Shown: positions 48,545 to 64,000 of the stretch, piece by piece | Layout: every line of letters starts with the position of its first letter | Position numbering within the stretch: position 1 is the first letter of the stretch | NCBI GenBank assembly: GCA_963753345.1 | Contig: CAVWBU010000041.1 | Span: 160,001 to 224,000, forward strand | Source of the DNA: an uncultured Fibrobacterota bacterium | GTDB lineage: Bacteria > Fibrobacterota > Chitinivibrionia > Chitinivibrionales > FEN-1185 | DNA length: 64,000 bases | Direction: 5' to 3' | The notes under the pieces: generated by a model | The model's database searches: none | Told to the model about the DNA's origin: nothing | Seen by the model: the letters and a program-made list of their open reading frames with translations, nothing else | Position numbers and translations under genes: made by a program

Positions 48545-48858
48545 TCTATCAACTCCTTGGCCTTTTTGGAATACCGGACCCTTTTTCCTGTGTCAAGAAT
48601 TCTCACGCCCACTCTCGTCGCCTTGCCCGTCTTGGGGCACACGAGCATGAGGTTGGACATGTGGATTGAAGCTTCCTTCTCAATGATCCCGCCCTGCTGC
48701 ACTTTGCGGCTCGGCTTGGTATGACGCTTTACCATGTTCCTGGCTTCGACGACCGCGCGGTTCTTATCGGTGAGCACCTTGATGATGCGTCCCGTTTGAC
48801 CTTTATTGTCTCCCGACACGATCATCACCGTGTCGTTTTTTCTCAAGCGTAACGGCAT
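48541..48858 (-). CDS. rplX: 50S ribosomal protein L24
   Basis: LRKNDTV...[14 protein letters not shown]. Confidence 0.98.
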   Translation of the reverse strand: MPLRLRKNDTVMIVSGDNKGQTGRIIKVLTDKNRAVVEARNMVKRHTKPSRKVQQGGIIEKEASIHMSNLMLVCPKTGKATRVGVRILDTGKRVRYSKKAKELID

Positions 48859-48874
48859 TGCCTGTTCTCCCCTG

Positions 48875-49243
48875 TTAGAGCACTTCCGGCGCAAGCGACA
48901 CGATGCGCATGAACTGTTTGTCGCGCAGCTCGCGCGCCACGGGCCCGAAAATACGCGTGCCGCGCGGCTCGTTTGTCTCGTTTATCAAGACGGCTGCGTT
49001 GTCGCTGAACCTGATGTAGGTGCCGTCGTTGCGGCCGTATTCTTTGGTGGTGCGAACGATCACCGCTCGCGCCACTTCCCCTTTTTTCACGGCCGCATTC
49101 GGAAGCGCGCTCTTTACGGCTACGATAATCACATCCCCCACATAGGCATATCGCCGGCGCGTCGCTCCCAGAATCCTGATGCACTGCACCTGCTTCGCCC
49201 CGGAGTTGTCGGCGACATTCAACCTTGTTTGAACCTGAATCAT
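48875..49243 (-). CDS. rplN: 50S ribosomal protein L14
   Basis: MIQ...VADNSGA...[13 protein letters not shown]...LAPEVL. Confidence 0.99.
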   Translation of the reverse strand: MIQVQTRLNVADNSGAKQVQCIRILGATRRRYAYVGDVIIVAVKSALPNAAVKKGEVARAVIVRTTKEYGRNDGTYIRFSDNAAVLINETNEPRGTRIFGPVARELRDKQFMRIVSLAPEVL

Positions 49244-49278
49244 TGTGTCCTCGTCACGCTGATAAATGCGATGCTGCG

Positions 49279-49536
49279 TTATTTCGCTTTCAACAATATC
49301 TCGCTCACGCGCCAGCGCTTCGTCTTTGAAAGCGGCCGCGTTTCCACGATGGTCACCTTGTCGCCCATGCCGCATTCGTCCTTTTCATCGTGCGCGACAT
49401 ACTTCTTGTTCCTGCGGATGGTCTTCCCGTACTGGGTGTGGATGAAACTCCGTCCGACGCTCACCACAACCGTCTTGTCCATCTTGTCGCTGATCACGAC
49501 GCCGACTCTCGATTTTCTCATGTTCCGGTCTGCCAT
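49279..49536 (-). CDS. rpsQ: 30S ribosomal protein S17
   Basis: [18 protein letters not shown]. Confidence 0.99.
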   Translation of the reverse strand: MADRNMRKSRVGVVISDKMDKTVVVSVGRSFIHTQYGKTIRRNKKYVAHDEKDECGMGDKVTIVETRPLSKTKRWRVSEILLKAK

Positions 49537-49545
49537 TGTTCCCTC

Positions 49546-49770
49546 TTACTTCGATGGTTCTTTCGGCGCCGCTGTTTTTTCGGTGCGTGTTTTTTCGGTG
49601 AGCACGGTCTTGGTGCGGGCGATGTCCTTGCGCACGATCCGCTGGCGCACCGGATTGCTCAGCTGTCCCATCTTCGCCTGGAAACGGAGATTAAACAACT
49701 CCTCCTCGAGGCCCGCTACCCTTTCGGCGAGTTCCTTGGCCGACAGTTGACGCATTTCGTGTGTCTTCAT
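49546..49770 (-). CDS. rpmC: 50S ribosomal protein L29
   Basis: ELFNLRFQ...RKDIAR. Confidence 0.98.
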   Translation of the reverse strand: MKTHEMRQLSAKELAERVAGLEEELFNLRFQAKMGQLSNPVRQRIVRKDIARTKTVLTEKTRTEKTAAPKEPSK

Positions 49771-49779
49771 GATTCCGTC

Positions 49780-50190
49780 CTAATCTTCTATCTCGATGAA
49801 CCGGCTCAGAATGGGGAGCTTCTGCGATGCGAGCCGGATTGCGTCCTTCGCGACGTCGGCCTTGACGCCGGCCATTTCGAACATCACCGTGCCGGGCTTG
49901 ACAACCGCAACCCACCCTTCCGGGATCCCTTTCCCTTTTCCCATCCTCGATTCGGCGGGATGCTTGGTGTACGGCTTGTCGGGAAACACACGGATGAATA
50001 TCTTGCCCCCGCGCTTGAGAAAACGTGCCATTGCGATACGCGCGGCCTCGATCTGTTTGCTGTCCACCCATCCCGGCTGGATGGCCTGGAGCCCGTATTC
50101 CCCGAACGCAAGCGTGTTGCACCGGGTGGCCTGCCCTCTCATGCGGCCCCGCTGCTGTTTTCTCCATTTTATTTTCTTCGGCGCTAACAT
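49780..50190 (-). CDS. rplP: 50S ribosomal protein L16
   Basis: [15 protein letters not shown]. Confidence 0.99.
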   Translation of the reverse strand: MLAPKKIKWRKQQRGRMRGQATRCNTLAFGEYGLQAIQPGWVDSKQIEAARIAMARFLKRGGKIFIRVFPDKPYTKHPAESRMGKGKGIPEGWVAVVKPGTVMFEMAGVKADVAKDAIRLASQKLPILSRFIEIED

Positions 50191-50202
50191 CGTCTGCCCT
50201 CC

Positions 50203-50877
50203 CTACGCGGCGCGCGCTGTCTCGTTCTGCTTTTGAGCGTTCTTCTCGGCCCGGTTGATCACTTCGCCTTTGCAAATCCACACCTTCACACCGATGCACC
50301 CGTAGGTCGTCACCGCCGTTGACGCGGCATAATCGATGTCGGCGCGCAGCGTGTGGAGCGGAATCCTGCCTTCCTTGAACATTTCCCTTCGCGCGATTTC
50401 GGCACCGTTGAGGCGGCCGTTCACCCCGATTTTTATGCCTTCGGCGCCCATCCTCACCGCGGTTGCAATCGCCTTCTTGATGGCCTTCTTGTACGATACG
50501 CGCTTCTCGAGCTGCCGGGCGATATTGTCGCCAACAAGCTGGGCGTCCATCTCGGGCTTCTTCACTTCCTTGATATTGATCTGGATATCTTTCCCGGTCA
50601 GGCGCTGAAGCTCGCCCTTGAGACGTTCGACCTCCTCACCCTTCTTCCCGATCACGATGCCCGGCCGCGACGTATGGATGGCCACCGTTACCCGTTTCGC
50701 CGTCCTTTCGATTCCAATGACGGAGATGCCGCCATGCTCGAGCCGCTTCTTGAGATAATTCCGGATAAGCAGATCTTCATGGATGTATTCGGCCAGCTTG
50801 TCCTTTGTGAACCAGTTTGAAATCCACGTTCTAGTAATGCCAAGCCGCAGACCGATGGGATTGGTTTTCTGACCCAA
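50203..50877 (-). CDS. rpsC: 30S ribosomal protein S3
   Basis: MGQKTNPIGLRLG, PLHTLRADIDY. Confidence 0.99.
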   Translation of the reverse strand: MGQKTNPIGLRLGITRTWISNWFTKDKLAEYIHEDLLIRNYLKKRLEHGGISVIGIERTAKRVTVAIHTSRPGIVIGKKGEEVERLKGELQRLTGKDIQINIKEVKKPEMDAQLVGDNIARQLEKRVSYKKAIKKAIATAVRMGAEGIKIGVNGRLNGAEIARREMFKEGRIPLHTLRADIDYAASTAVTTYGCIGVKVWICKGEVINRAEKNAQKQNETARAA

Positions 50878-50889
50878 CTGTTACCCCCT

Positions 50890-51231
50890 TCAATTCGCCA
50901 CGACAACTTTGAGGTGACACATCCGCTTGAGAATCCGGTATGCGCGTCCCTGGGCACGCGGCCGGAACCGCTTGAGCGTGGGGCCGACGCCCACTTGAAT
51001 GTCCTTAATGACAAGTTCGTCCACGTCGATATGCGCCTCGGCATTCTTGTTCTGCAGATTCGCCACCGCCGATTTGATCAGCTTCGAAAAATCCTTTGCA
51101 ACGGTCTTTCTGATTCCGAATTCGAGAAGACTGAGCGCTTCGCCCACTTTTTTTCCGCGCAGCTCGTCGGCCACAAGCCGTGCTTTTCTTGCGGTCTTTC
51201 TAAGATATTTGCAGGTTGCAGTTGCTTCCAC
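50890..51231 (-). CDS. rplV: 50S ribosomal protein L22
   Basis: RKARLVAD, RPRAQGRA. Confidence 0.99.
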   Translation of the reverse strand: MEATATCKYLRKTARKARLVADELRGKKVGEALSLLEFGIRKTVAKDFSKLIKSAVANLQNKNAEAHIDVDELVIKDIQVGVGPTLKRFRPRAQGRAYRILKRMCHLKVVVAN

Positions 51232-51251
51232 TGTAGTTCCTCCCGGAACAT

Positions 51252-51605
51252 TTATGCGTTACTGGTGCTCGCCGCTGGTGCAGCCGCAGGAGCCGGCGCC
51301 GACCCCGATCCTGCCGGCGCTTCCTCCGCAACTTTGTCGGTCTTGATGTGGCCGCTGTGTCCGCGAAAGGTTCTTGTGGGAGAAAACTCCCCCAGTTTGT
51401 GACCGACCATGTTCTCCGTCACATACACCGGAATAAACTTGTTTCCGTTGTGAACGGCAAAGGTGAGGCTCACGAATTCGGGCAGGATGGTTGACCGGCG
51501 GGACCAGGTCTTGATCACTTTCTTCTGTCCCGACTTGTTCATCTCATCCACCTTTTTCGCAAGATGGTCGTCTACAAAAGGACCTTTTTTGATTGAACGG
51601 GCCAT
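51252..51605 (-). CDS. rpsS: 30S ribosomal protein S19 (C-terminal extension)
   Basis: [16 protein letters not shown]. Confidence 0.99.
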   Translation of the reverse strand: MARSIKKGPFVDDHLAKKVDEMNKSGQKKVIKTWSRRSTILPEFVSLTFAVHNGNKFIPVYVTENMVGHKLGEFSPTRTFRGHSGHIKTDKVAEEAPAGSGSAPAPAAAPAASTSNA

Positions 51606-51636
51606 GTGAATTCCTTATGATTCCTGTTAGTGCCTT

Positions 51637-52464
51637 CTACTTCGTTCTGCGGCTGATGATATATTTGCTCGACAGCTTCTTCCTCGTTCTGGTCTTGAGG
51701 CCCTTTGCCTTCTGAGCCCACGGCGACATCGGATGGTTGCCGCCCTTCGACTTCGCCTCGCCACCGCCCATGGGGTGATCCACCGGATTCATGGCGACGC
51801 CGCGCACATGCGGCCTGCGCCCGAGCCAGCGCACGCGTCCCGCCGACCCAAGAACCACGTTCATATGCTCAATGTTACTCACCTGGCCGATAGTGGCCGT
51901 GCAGCGCTCACGCACATTGCGGATCTCGCCCGAGGGGAGGCGCAGCTGGACCATGTTGTTTTCGCGCGCGACTATTTCGGCGTACGATCCCGCGCTGCGG
52001 GCCATCTGGCCGCCCTTGCCCTCCTTGAGCTCAATATTGTGGACCATGGTCCCGGAAGGCATGTTGACAAGCGGCATAGTGTTGCCTTCGGACAGTTCGG
52101 TCGTCTCGCCAGCCATCACCTTCATGTCGGTCTTCATATTTACGGTGGCGAGAATGTAACGCCGCTCGCCGTCGGCATACTTGACAAGAGCGATAAAACA
52201 CGTTCTGTTGGGATCGTACTCTATCGTCTCGACAATACCCGGAATGTCGCGTTTGTTCCTCTTGAAATCGATAATCCGGTAGTACTTCTTCGATCCGCCG
52301 CCCCGGTGCCTCACCGTCATGTGCCCATCGACGTTGCGTCCGCCCATTCGCTTCTTGGAAACGCACAGAGGACCATACGGCGCGTCTGCCGTCAGCTGCG
52401 AAAAATCGAGCGTGGTTTTGTACCGGAGAACCGGTGTCAACGGTCTGTATGTCTTGAGTGCCAT
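51637..52464 (-). CDS. rplB: 50S ribosomal protein L2
   Basis: EYDPNR, RGVAMNPVDHP. Confidence 0.99.
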   Translation of the reverse strand: MALKTYRPLTPVLRYKTTLDFSQLTADAPYGPLCVSKKRMGGRNVDGHMTVRHRGGGSKKYYRIIDFKRNKRDIPGIVETIEYDPNRTCFIALVKYADGERRYILATVNMKTDMKVMAGETTELSEGNTMPLVNMPSGTMVHNIELKEGKGGQMARSAGSYAEIVARENNMVQLRLPSGEIRNVRERCTATIGQVSNIEHMNVVLGSAGRVRWLGRRPHVRGVAMNPVDHPMGGGEAKSKGGNHPMSPWAQKAKGLKTRTRKKLSSKYIISRRTK

Positions 52465-52512
52465 GCTGGAGCTCCGAAATGAAAACGAAAACGTTGTTCT
52501 TGTTGTTTTTCC

Positions 52513-52601
52513 AACTCACCCTAACACCCCGCCCTTCGGGCACCCCTCTTCCCCTCTCTCGTGAGAGAGGGGAAGAGGGGCCGGGGGTGATGGGGTGAGT
52601 T
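52513..52601. mobile_element. MITE/REP-like palindromic element (family C long form), rplW-rplB spacer
   Basis: AACTCACCC...GGGTGAGTT termini; 18-bp perfect inner stem CCCCTCTTCCCCTCTCTC/GAGAGAGGGGAAGAGGGG. Confidence 0.75.
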
Positions 52602-52890
52602 ACACCTCGCCGAACTTGCTGATGGTCTGGCCCGCCGCGATGCGCACGATTGCCTTTTTCCAATTGGAACGGTAGCCCGAAGTCCGTCCCTGACGTTTGA
52701 GCTTTCCCTTCACGACCATGGTATTCACGGAAAGCACTTTCACGCCGAAAAGTTTCTCAACGGCCTCCCGTATCTGCGGTTTCGTGGCCGTCGGAAGAAC
52801 CTCAAACACGTACTTGTTCTGCCCGGTTCTCAGCTGGGTGTTCTTTTCGGTGATTGAGGGATGGCGAATGATTGAATGATAGGTGCTCAC
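52600..52890 (-). CDS. rplW: 50S ribosomal protein L23
   Basis: ITEK, KPQIREAVEKLF, WKKA. Confidence 0.99.
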   Translation of the reverse strand: MSTYHSIIRHPSITEKNTQLRTGQNKYVFEVLPTATKPQIREAVEKLFGVKVLSVNTMVVKGKLKRQGRTSGYRSNWKKAIVRIAAGQTISKFGEV

Positions 52891-53516
52891 AGCGCCGCAG
52901 CCTCCTCGATCTTCCTGACGATTTCTTCGGACCCGAACACTATTGCGTCGTTGTTCAGCACATCGTAGGCATTGATTTCAGAAGAAGGTCTCACCGTAAG
53001 GTTACGTATGTTCCTGCCCGAAAGATACACGTTCTTGCTGGCCGGATCGATAACGAGCAGAATGCGCTTCCCGCCGAGCGAAAGGGCGTCGATCATCGAT
53101 GCAATGGTCCGCGTTTTGGGAGCATCGCAGGTGATGCCCGACACCACCGAGATCTTCTCTTCCTTTGCCCGCGAGGACAGGGCCGACGCGAGGGCAATTT
53201 TCCGCAATGTCTTTGGAATCGCACCGTAATAGCTTCTCGGAGAGGGGCCGAAGGCCTTGCCTCCGCGCACCCATAACGGCGAGGTGTTTGATCCCGCGCG
53301 GGCATTTCCCGTGTGCTTCTGCTTCCATGGTTTCCTTCCGCCGCCGCTCACCTCGGACCTGCCCTTTGTCTTGGCGGTGCCCTGGCGCCGGTTCGCGAGA
53401 TACGACTTGACAACCAGGTACATCACCTGTTCGTTGACGTCAGCGTTAAAGACGCCGTCGGCAAGATCGATCTCGCCCTTGACTTTTCCGTCCTGATGAT
53501 AGACTTTTGCTTTCAT
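52887..53516 (-). CDS. rplD: 50S ribosomal protein L4
   Basis: RQGT, GGGRKPWKQKHTGNARAGS. Confidence 0.99.
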   Translation of the reverse strand: MKAKVYHQDGKVKGEIDLADGVFNADVNEQVMYLVVKSYLANRRQGTAKTKGRSEVSGGGRKPWKQKHTGNARAGSNTSPLWVRGGKAFGPSPRSYYGAIPKTLRKIALASALSSRAKEEKISVVSGITCDAPKTRTIASMIDALSLGGKRILLVIDPASKNVYLSGRNIRNLTVRPSSEINAYDVLNNDAIVFGSEEIVRKIEEAAAL

Positions 53517-53540
53517 GGGTGCCGTGCCTTCGCGAAGCTG

Positions 53541-54173
53541 CTATTTCTTGACGATCTTGTTGATAACAACGATTCCTTTATTGGGACCGGGCACCGCGCC
53601 CTTGATGAGAACAAGCCCGGCTTCCTTGTCGAGCGCAACCACCTCAAGGTTCCGGATGGTTACCTGCGCGTTGCCGTAGTGGCCTTCCATGCGCAGACCC
53701 TTCCACACGTGGCCGGGCGTGGTATTGGCGCCGGACGATCCGCGGATGCGGTGCGCCTTGCATCCGTGCGTCTCGCGGCCGCGCTGAAAATTGTGACGCT
53801 TGATGCCGCCCGTAAACCCGCGGCCCTTGGTGATTCCCACGACATTCACAAACTTGACATTCTCAAGAACCTCCACGCCGATCTTCTGCCCGGGGGAAAC
53901 TTTCTCTTCCGGCGAATCCAGGTCAAACTCCCTGATCACCCTTGTGGGCACCGAGTTGCACTTCTTGAAATGACCCAAAAGAGGTTTGTTGACCTTTTTG
54001 TCGGACATGATGTCAAACCCGAGCTGCACCGCGCTGTACCCGTCGCTCGCCGCGGTCTTCACCTGATGCACGACATTTGTTCCGGCCTGAATCACGGTGA
54101 TCGGGATATATCTCCCCGAATCCGGCGAGAACACCTGCGTCATCCCGATTTTCTTTCCAATAATTCCTTGCAT
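53541..54173 (-). CDS. rplC: 50S ribosomal protein L3
   Basis: GKKIGMTQVF, DGYSAVQ, KGAVPG. Confidence 0.99.
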   Translation of the reverse strand: MQGIIGKKIGMTQVFSPDSGRYIPITVIQAGTNVVHQVKTAASDGYSAVQLGFDIMSDKKVNKPLLGHFKKCNSVPTRVIREFDLDSPEEKVSPGQKIGVEVLENVKFVNVVGITKGRGFTGGIKRHNFQRGRETHGCKAHRIRGSSGANTTPGHVWKGLRMEGHYGNAQVTIRNLEVVALDKEAGLVLIKGAVPGPNKGIVVINKIVKK

Positions 54174-54227
54174 TTTGGTACCCGGTTTACGGTTAATATG
54201 CGACTTGAATCTCGTTTTCGTTTCCGA

Positions 54228-54319
54228 AACCTCACCTCTTCACCCCCGGCCCCTCTTCCCCTCTCCCACGGGGAGAGGGGAAGAGGGGTGCCCGAAGGGC
54301 GGGGAGTTGGGGTGAGGTT
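54228..54319. mobile_element. MITE/REP-like palindromic element (family C long form), rpsJ-rplC spacer
   Basis: AACCTCACC...GGTGAGGTT termini; inverted relative to the rplW copy. Confidence 0.75.
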
Positions 54320-54626
54320 ACACCTTTATCTCGACGTCGACGCCCGCCGGAAGATCCAGCTTCATAAGCGAATCAACCGTCTGCGGGGTCGATTCAAGAA
54401 TATCGATCAGCCGTTTGTGGATCCGGATTTCGAACTGTTCCCTCGATTTCTTATTGACATGGGGCGACCGCAACACCGTGTAAATCGACTTTTCCGTCGG
54501 CAACGGAATAGGGCCCGAGATTCTTGCGCCCGTTCCCTTGGCGGTGCGCACGATGTCGGACGTCGATTTGTCAAGAATGTTGTGATCGAACGACTTCAAC
54601 CTGATTCTGATTCTTTCGCCCGGCAC
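54318..54626 (-). CDS. rpsJ: 30S ribosomal protein S10
   Basis: [22 protein letters not shown]. Confidence 0.99.
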   Translation of the reverse strand: MPGERIRIRLKSFDHNILDKSTSDIVRTAKGTGARISGPIPLPTEKSIYTVLRSPHVNKKSREQFEIRIHKRLIDILESTPQTVDSLMKLDLPAGVDVEIKV

Positions 54627-54683
54627 GGTTTCTCCTTTGGTACTCTTTATTCTGATGAGAGTTCTTTGTGTTTTCTCGACCTC

Positions 54684-54773
54684 AACTCATCCCTCTACCC
54701 CTGACCCCTCCTCCCCTCTCTCGTGAGAGAGGGGAGGAGGGGTGGCCGTCAGGCCGGGGTGGAAGGGTGAGTT
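54684..54773. mobile_element. MITE/REP-like palindromic element (family C long form), fusA-rpsJ spacer
   Basis: AACTCATCC...GGGTGAGTT termini; stem CCCCTCCTCCCCTCTCTC/GAGAGAGGGGAGGAGGGG. Confidence 0.75.
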
Positions 54774-56856
54774 ACCATATTCTTCCGATGCGTTTGAGAA
54801 CCTCGTCCTGGACCGTCTTGGTTGTCCGCTCGTAATGGTCGAATTGCATTGTGTAAACGGCCCTGCCCTGTGTCAAAGAGCGCAGCATGGTCGCATACCC
54901 GAACATCTCCGACAGCGGCGCCTCGGCATCGATGATCTGCGCGTCGGTGCGCGCCGCAATGCCGCTTATTTTCCCCCGCCGCGCATTGAGATCGTTGATC
55001 ACCGCCCCCATGTAATCGGCAGGCACCACGACCTCGATCTTCATCACCGGCTCCAAAAGCGTCGGCGTGCACTTGACGCATGCCTTTTTAAACGCCATCG
55101 AACCGGCGATCTTGAACGCCATCTCGGTGGAATCGTCCTCGCGGAAGGTCATCCCCTTGAGGATTGTGCGAACACCGGTGAGCGGATACCCCGACATCAC
55201 GCCGCCGCTCGACGTCTCGACAATTCCCTGCTGCGCGGCCTTGACAAATTCTGCAGGAACCGACTTCTCGGCGATCGTGCATCTGAATTCGGTCCCGAGC
55301 GAAGGGTCGATGGGCTCAACGGACAAAACAAGCTTGGCGTACTGGTTCTTGCCGCCGATAAGCTGAGACATCTCAAACGTTTCCGATGCGCCCGCGATAA
55401 CCGTCTCCCGGTAGGAAACCTGCGGTTTCCCAATGTGCGCTTCCACGTTGAATTCGCGCACCAGTCTGTCTATAAGAATCTCCAGGTGAAGCTCTCCCAT
55501 CCCGGAGATGATTGTCTGTCCCGTTTCCTGGTCGACATTAACCGTGCAAGTGGGATCTTCGTCGGCCAACCGCGCCAGGGCGATGTTGAGCCGCTCCTCG
55601 TCGCTCGTGCTCTTGGGTTCTATCGACCGGGATATCACGGTCTGCGGAAACGTCATCCGCTCAAGCGAAATCGGGTGATCGGGATCGCAAATGGTGTCGC
55701 CCGTCGACGTGTCCTTGAGTCCGGCCAGCCCCATGATTTCACCGGCGTGCATGCTCTGCTCAGGTTTGCGCTTGTTTGAATGCATCCGGAAAATCCGGGT
55801 GATGCGCTCCCTTGAATCGGTCCGCGGGTTGAGAAGCGTGCTCTTGAGGTCGATAACGCCGGAATAGGCCCGCGCAAACGCCAGACGCCCGATGTGCGCA
55901 TCAGCAACGATCTTGAACACCAACGCGCAGAACGGTTCGGCGTCATTGGCGTTTCGCACCACCTCGTGGCCGGCCTTGGGATCGAACCCGTGCACAACCG
56001 ACCTGTCCAGCGGACTCGGAAGATAATCCACAATTGCCTCTATCAACTGCTGCACTCCCTTGTTCTTGAAGGATGCACCGCACAGAACGGGGTTGATCTT
56101 TCCCGCCAGAACGCCGGTGCGAATCGCCTTCTTGACAAGTGCTGCATCGGGTTGTTTATCCTCAAGCAACTGATGCATAAGCTCCTCGTCAAAGTCGCAG
56201 ATTGCTTCGAGCATCATGTGCCTGCGTTTCTCCGCTTCCACGACATATGCCTGAGGGATTTCAGACTCGACAACCGTTGCACCGCAATCTTCCTCGCCGT
56301 ACTGATACTGTTTCATCCGGATGAGATCGACAATGCCGGTAAACGTGTCCTCTTTGCCCACCGGCAGTTGGAGAGGAACCGCCACCGAATTCAACTTCTC
56401 CTTCATCATCGCGACCACATTGTTGAAATCGGCACCAGTACGGTCCATTTTGTTCACAAACGCGATTCGGGGAACGTTATACTTGTCGGCCTGTCTCCAG
56501 ACCGTTTCCGACTGAGGTTCCACGCCTCCGACCGAATCGAATATGGCTACTGCGCCATCCAGAACTCTCAAAGAACGCTCTACTTCAATCGTAAAATCGA
56601 CATGCCCGGGAGTATCGATGATGTTGATCCGAACGCCCTTCCACTCGGTGGTGATCGCCGCAGAGGTGATGGTGATTCCCCGCTCACGCTCCTGCTGCAT
56701 CCAGTCCATAACGGTGTTGCCGTCATCGACTTCGCCAATCCGGTGGATAATGCCCGTATAATACAGTATCCGCTCGGTGGTGGTTGTCTTCCCCGCATCG
56801 ATATGGGCCATGATCCCGATATTGCGCACGTTGCCAAGCGAAAATGTCTTTTCCAT
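54772..56856 (-). CDS. fusA: Elongation factor G (divergent, EF-G2-like)
   Basis: [29 protein letters not shown]; located after rpsG. Confidence 0.97.
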   Translation of the reverse strand: MEKTFSLGNVRNIGIMAHIDAGKTTTTERILYYTGIIHRIGEVDDGNTVMDWMQQERERGITITSAAITTEWKGVRINIIDTPGHVDFTIEVERSLRVLDGAVAIFDSVGGVEPQSETVWRQADKYNVPRIAFVNKMDRTGADFNNVVAMMKEKLNSVAVPLQLPVGKEDTFTGIVDLIRMKQYQYGEEDCGATVVESEIPQAYVVEAEKRRHMMLEAICDFDEELMHQLLEDKQPDAALVKKAIRTGVLAGKINPVLCGASFKNKGVQQLIEAIVDYLPSPLDRSVVHGFDPKAGHEVVRNANDAEPFCALVFKIVADAHIGRLAFARAYSGVIDLKSTLLNPRTDSRERITRIFRMHSNKRKPEQSMHAGEIMGLAGLKDTSTGDTICDPDHPISLERMTFPQTVISRSIEPKSTSDEERLNIALARLADEDPTCTVNVDQETGQTIISGMGELHLEILIDRLVREFNVEAHIGKPQVSYRETVIAGASETFEMSQLIGGKNQYAKLVLSVEPIDPSLGTEFRCTIAEKSVPAEFVKAAQQGIVETSSGGVMSGYPLTGVRTILKGMTFREDDSTEMAFKIAGSMAFKKACVKCTPTLLEPVMKIEVVVPADYMGAVINDLNARRGKISGIAARTDAQIIDAEAPLSEMFGYATMLRSLTQGRAVYTMQFDHYERTTKTVQDEVLKRIGRIW

Positions 56857-56995
56857 AGTTTCCTGCAACCGCCGAACCGTTTTGCGAAGTACCACCGCAC
56901 GTCCCCGCCCCTGCCAGCTTGTCAAAAGCGAAAGACATGCATTCCCGGACTTTAAAAGAACAAAAAGGAGGCACACGCTCCCCGCACGGAAGCGC

Positions 56996-57466
56996 CTACC
57001 ACCTGAATATGACGAATGCCCTGTTTGCCTCGGCCATCTTGTGCGTATCGACCTTCTTGCGCACTGCGCCGCCCTCATTTTTGGACGCCTGAACGAACTC
57101 GTTGGCGAGTTTCTCGGCCATGCTCTTTTCGGTCCGTTCCTTGGCGTACGTGATGATCCACCGGATTGCCAGGGCGGTCCTGCGGTCCTGCGGCACCTCC
57201 ACGGGAACCTGGTAGTTGGCCCCGCCCACCCGCCGCGACTTGACCTCGACCGTCGGCTTGACATTGTCGAGCGCCTTCTTGAAAACGCCCAGGCCGTCCT
57301 GGCTTGTGCGCTGGCCGGCAAGCTCGATCGCATCGTATACCATGGTCTCCGCAAGACGTTTCTTCCCCCGGCGCAGGAGATTGTTGATGAACTGCGTCAC
57401 CAGCACGCTCTTGTATTTCGGGTCGGGAACAAAGTCTTTCCTGTGCGAACTTCTTCGTCGTGACAT
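56996..57466 (-). CDS. rpsG: 30S ribosomal protein S7
   Basis: [22 protein letters not shown]. Confidence 0.99.
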   Translation of the reverse strand: MSRRRSSHRKDFVPDPKYKSVLVTQFINNLLRRGKKRLAETMVYDAIELAGQRTSQDGLGVFKKALDNVKPTVEVKSRRVGGANYQVPVEVPQDRRTALAIRWIITYAKERTEKSMAEKLANEFVQASKNEGGAVRKKVDTHKMAEANRAFVIFRW

Positions 57467-57478
57467 AGTGCGTTGTCC

Positions 57479-57856
57479 CTATTTCTTCTTCGGTTTCTTT
57501 GCGCCGTATTTTGAGCGTCCCCGCCGCCGGTCCTCGACGCCCTGCGTGTCGAGCGCACCGCGGATGATGTGGTACCGAACGCCCGGCACGTCTTTGACGC
57601 GGCCGCCTCTGGTGAGGACGATCGAGTGCTCCTGCAGATTGTGGCCTTCTCCCGGTATGTACGCGTTCACCTCGATATGATTGGTGAGACGGACGCGGGC
57701 CACTTTGCGAAGCGCCGAGTTCGGTTTCTTTGGCGTCGTCGTGAAAACCCGGATGCAAACACCGCGCCGCTGCGGGCATTTCTGCAGAGCGCCTGCCTTG
57801 CTTCGGGAAGAAAGGATCCTTCTCCCATGACGTATCAGCTGACTTATTGTGGGCAC
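57479..57856 (-). CDS. rpsL: 30S ribosomal protein S12
   Basis: [20 protein letters not shown]. Confidence 0.99.
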   Translation of the reverse strand: MPTISQLIRHGRRILSSRSKAGALQKCPQRRGVCIRVFTTTPKKPNSALRKVARVRLTNHIEVNAYIPGEGHNLQEHSIVLTRGGRVKDVPGVRYHIIRGALDTQGVEDRRRGRSKYGAKKPKKK

Positions 57857-57928
57857 TACCGTCCTCCGGAAAAAGACAATTTTTTGAAAATAGTATTTGC
57901 CAACTATTATTACAACTCTTCGGCCCGC

Positions 57929-62005
<4,077 letters not shown>

Positions 62006-62046
62006 CAGTAATCCTCCTTCTGGTGTAAAAAGCCCCACTCCATTCG

Positions 62047-64000
<1,954 letters not shown>

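Noticed and set aside
56857-57354. 165-aa N-terminal extension of EF-G in the ORF track
   Set aside because: It overlaps rpsG in another frame; EF-G homology starts at ATG 56856.
57585-57740. Streptomycin-resistance changes in S12
   Set aside because: The KKPNSA and RVKD lysines are intact; only an L-to-V change in KDVPG, with no effect I can support.

Overview
GC-rich bacterial DNA, most likely Fibrobacterota (Chitinivibrionia-like). This is inferred from a TIGR02147-type protein, secreted proteins with T9SS-like sorting domains, and TATATT -10 boxes. Left ~38 kb is accessory: secreted and lipoprotein genes (beta-propeller, VIT/vWA, Kelch, LRR, two GH3 paralogs, GH16), a Rid/chorismatase-like + PD40-TPR + membrane methyltransferase-like operon, a GDP-heptose/glycosyltransferase cluster, and an AT-richer block with two toxin-antitoxin modules on the 3' side of tRNA-His. 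Right ~25 kb is one minus-strand run: rpoB(partial)-rpoC-rpsL-rpsG-fusA-S10-spc-alpha-fba, lacking tuf, adk and map. Strongest leads: (1) an MqsR-like toxin / Zn-finger-HTH antitoxin with a C-terminal extension / coupled non-SecB third gene (TAC-like); (2) a ~90-bp palindromic element starting exactly at TAA stop codons of ribosomal-operon genes, in both orientations; (3) two covarying structured repeat families in colinear repeat nests; (4) a T9SS-CTD-like module nested inside the N-terminal domain of both GH3 enzymes; (5) a str-operon EF-G with recycling-type (EF-G2-like) signatures; (6) IS200/IS605-like minimal palindromic elements. Four accessory genes each carry one extra base (real or artefact). 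All family calls come from motif recognition, with no database searches.
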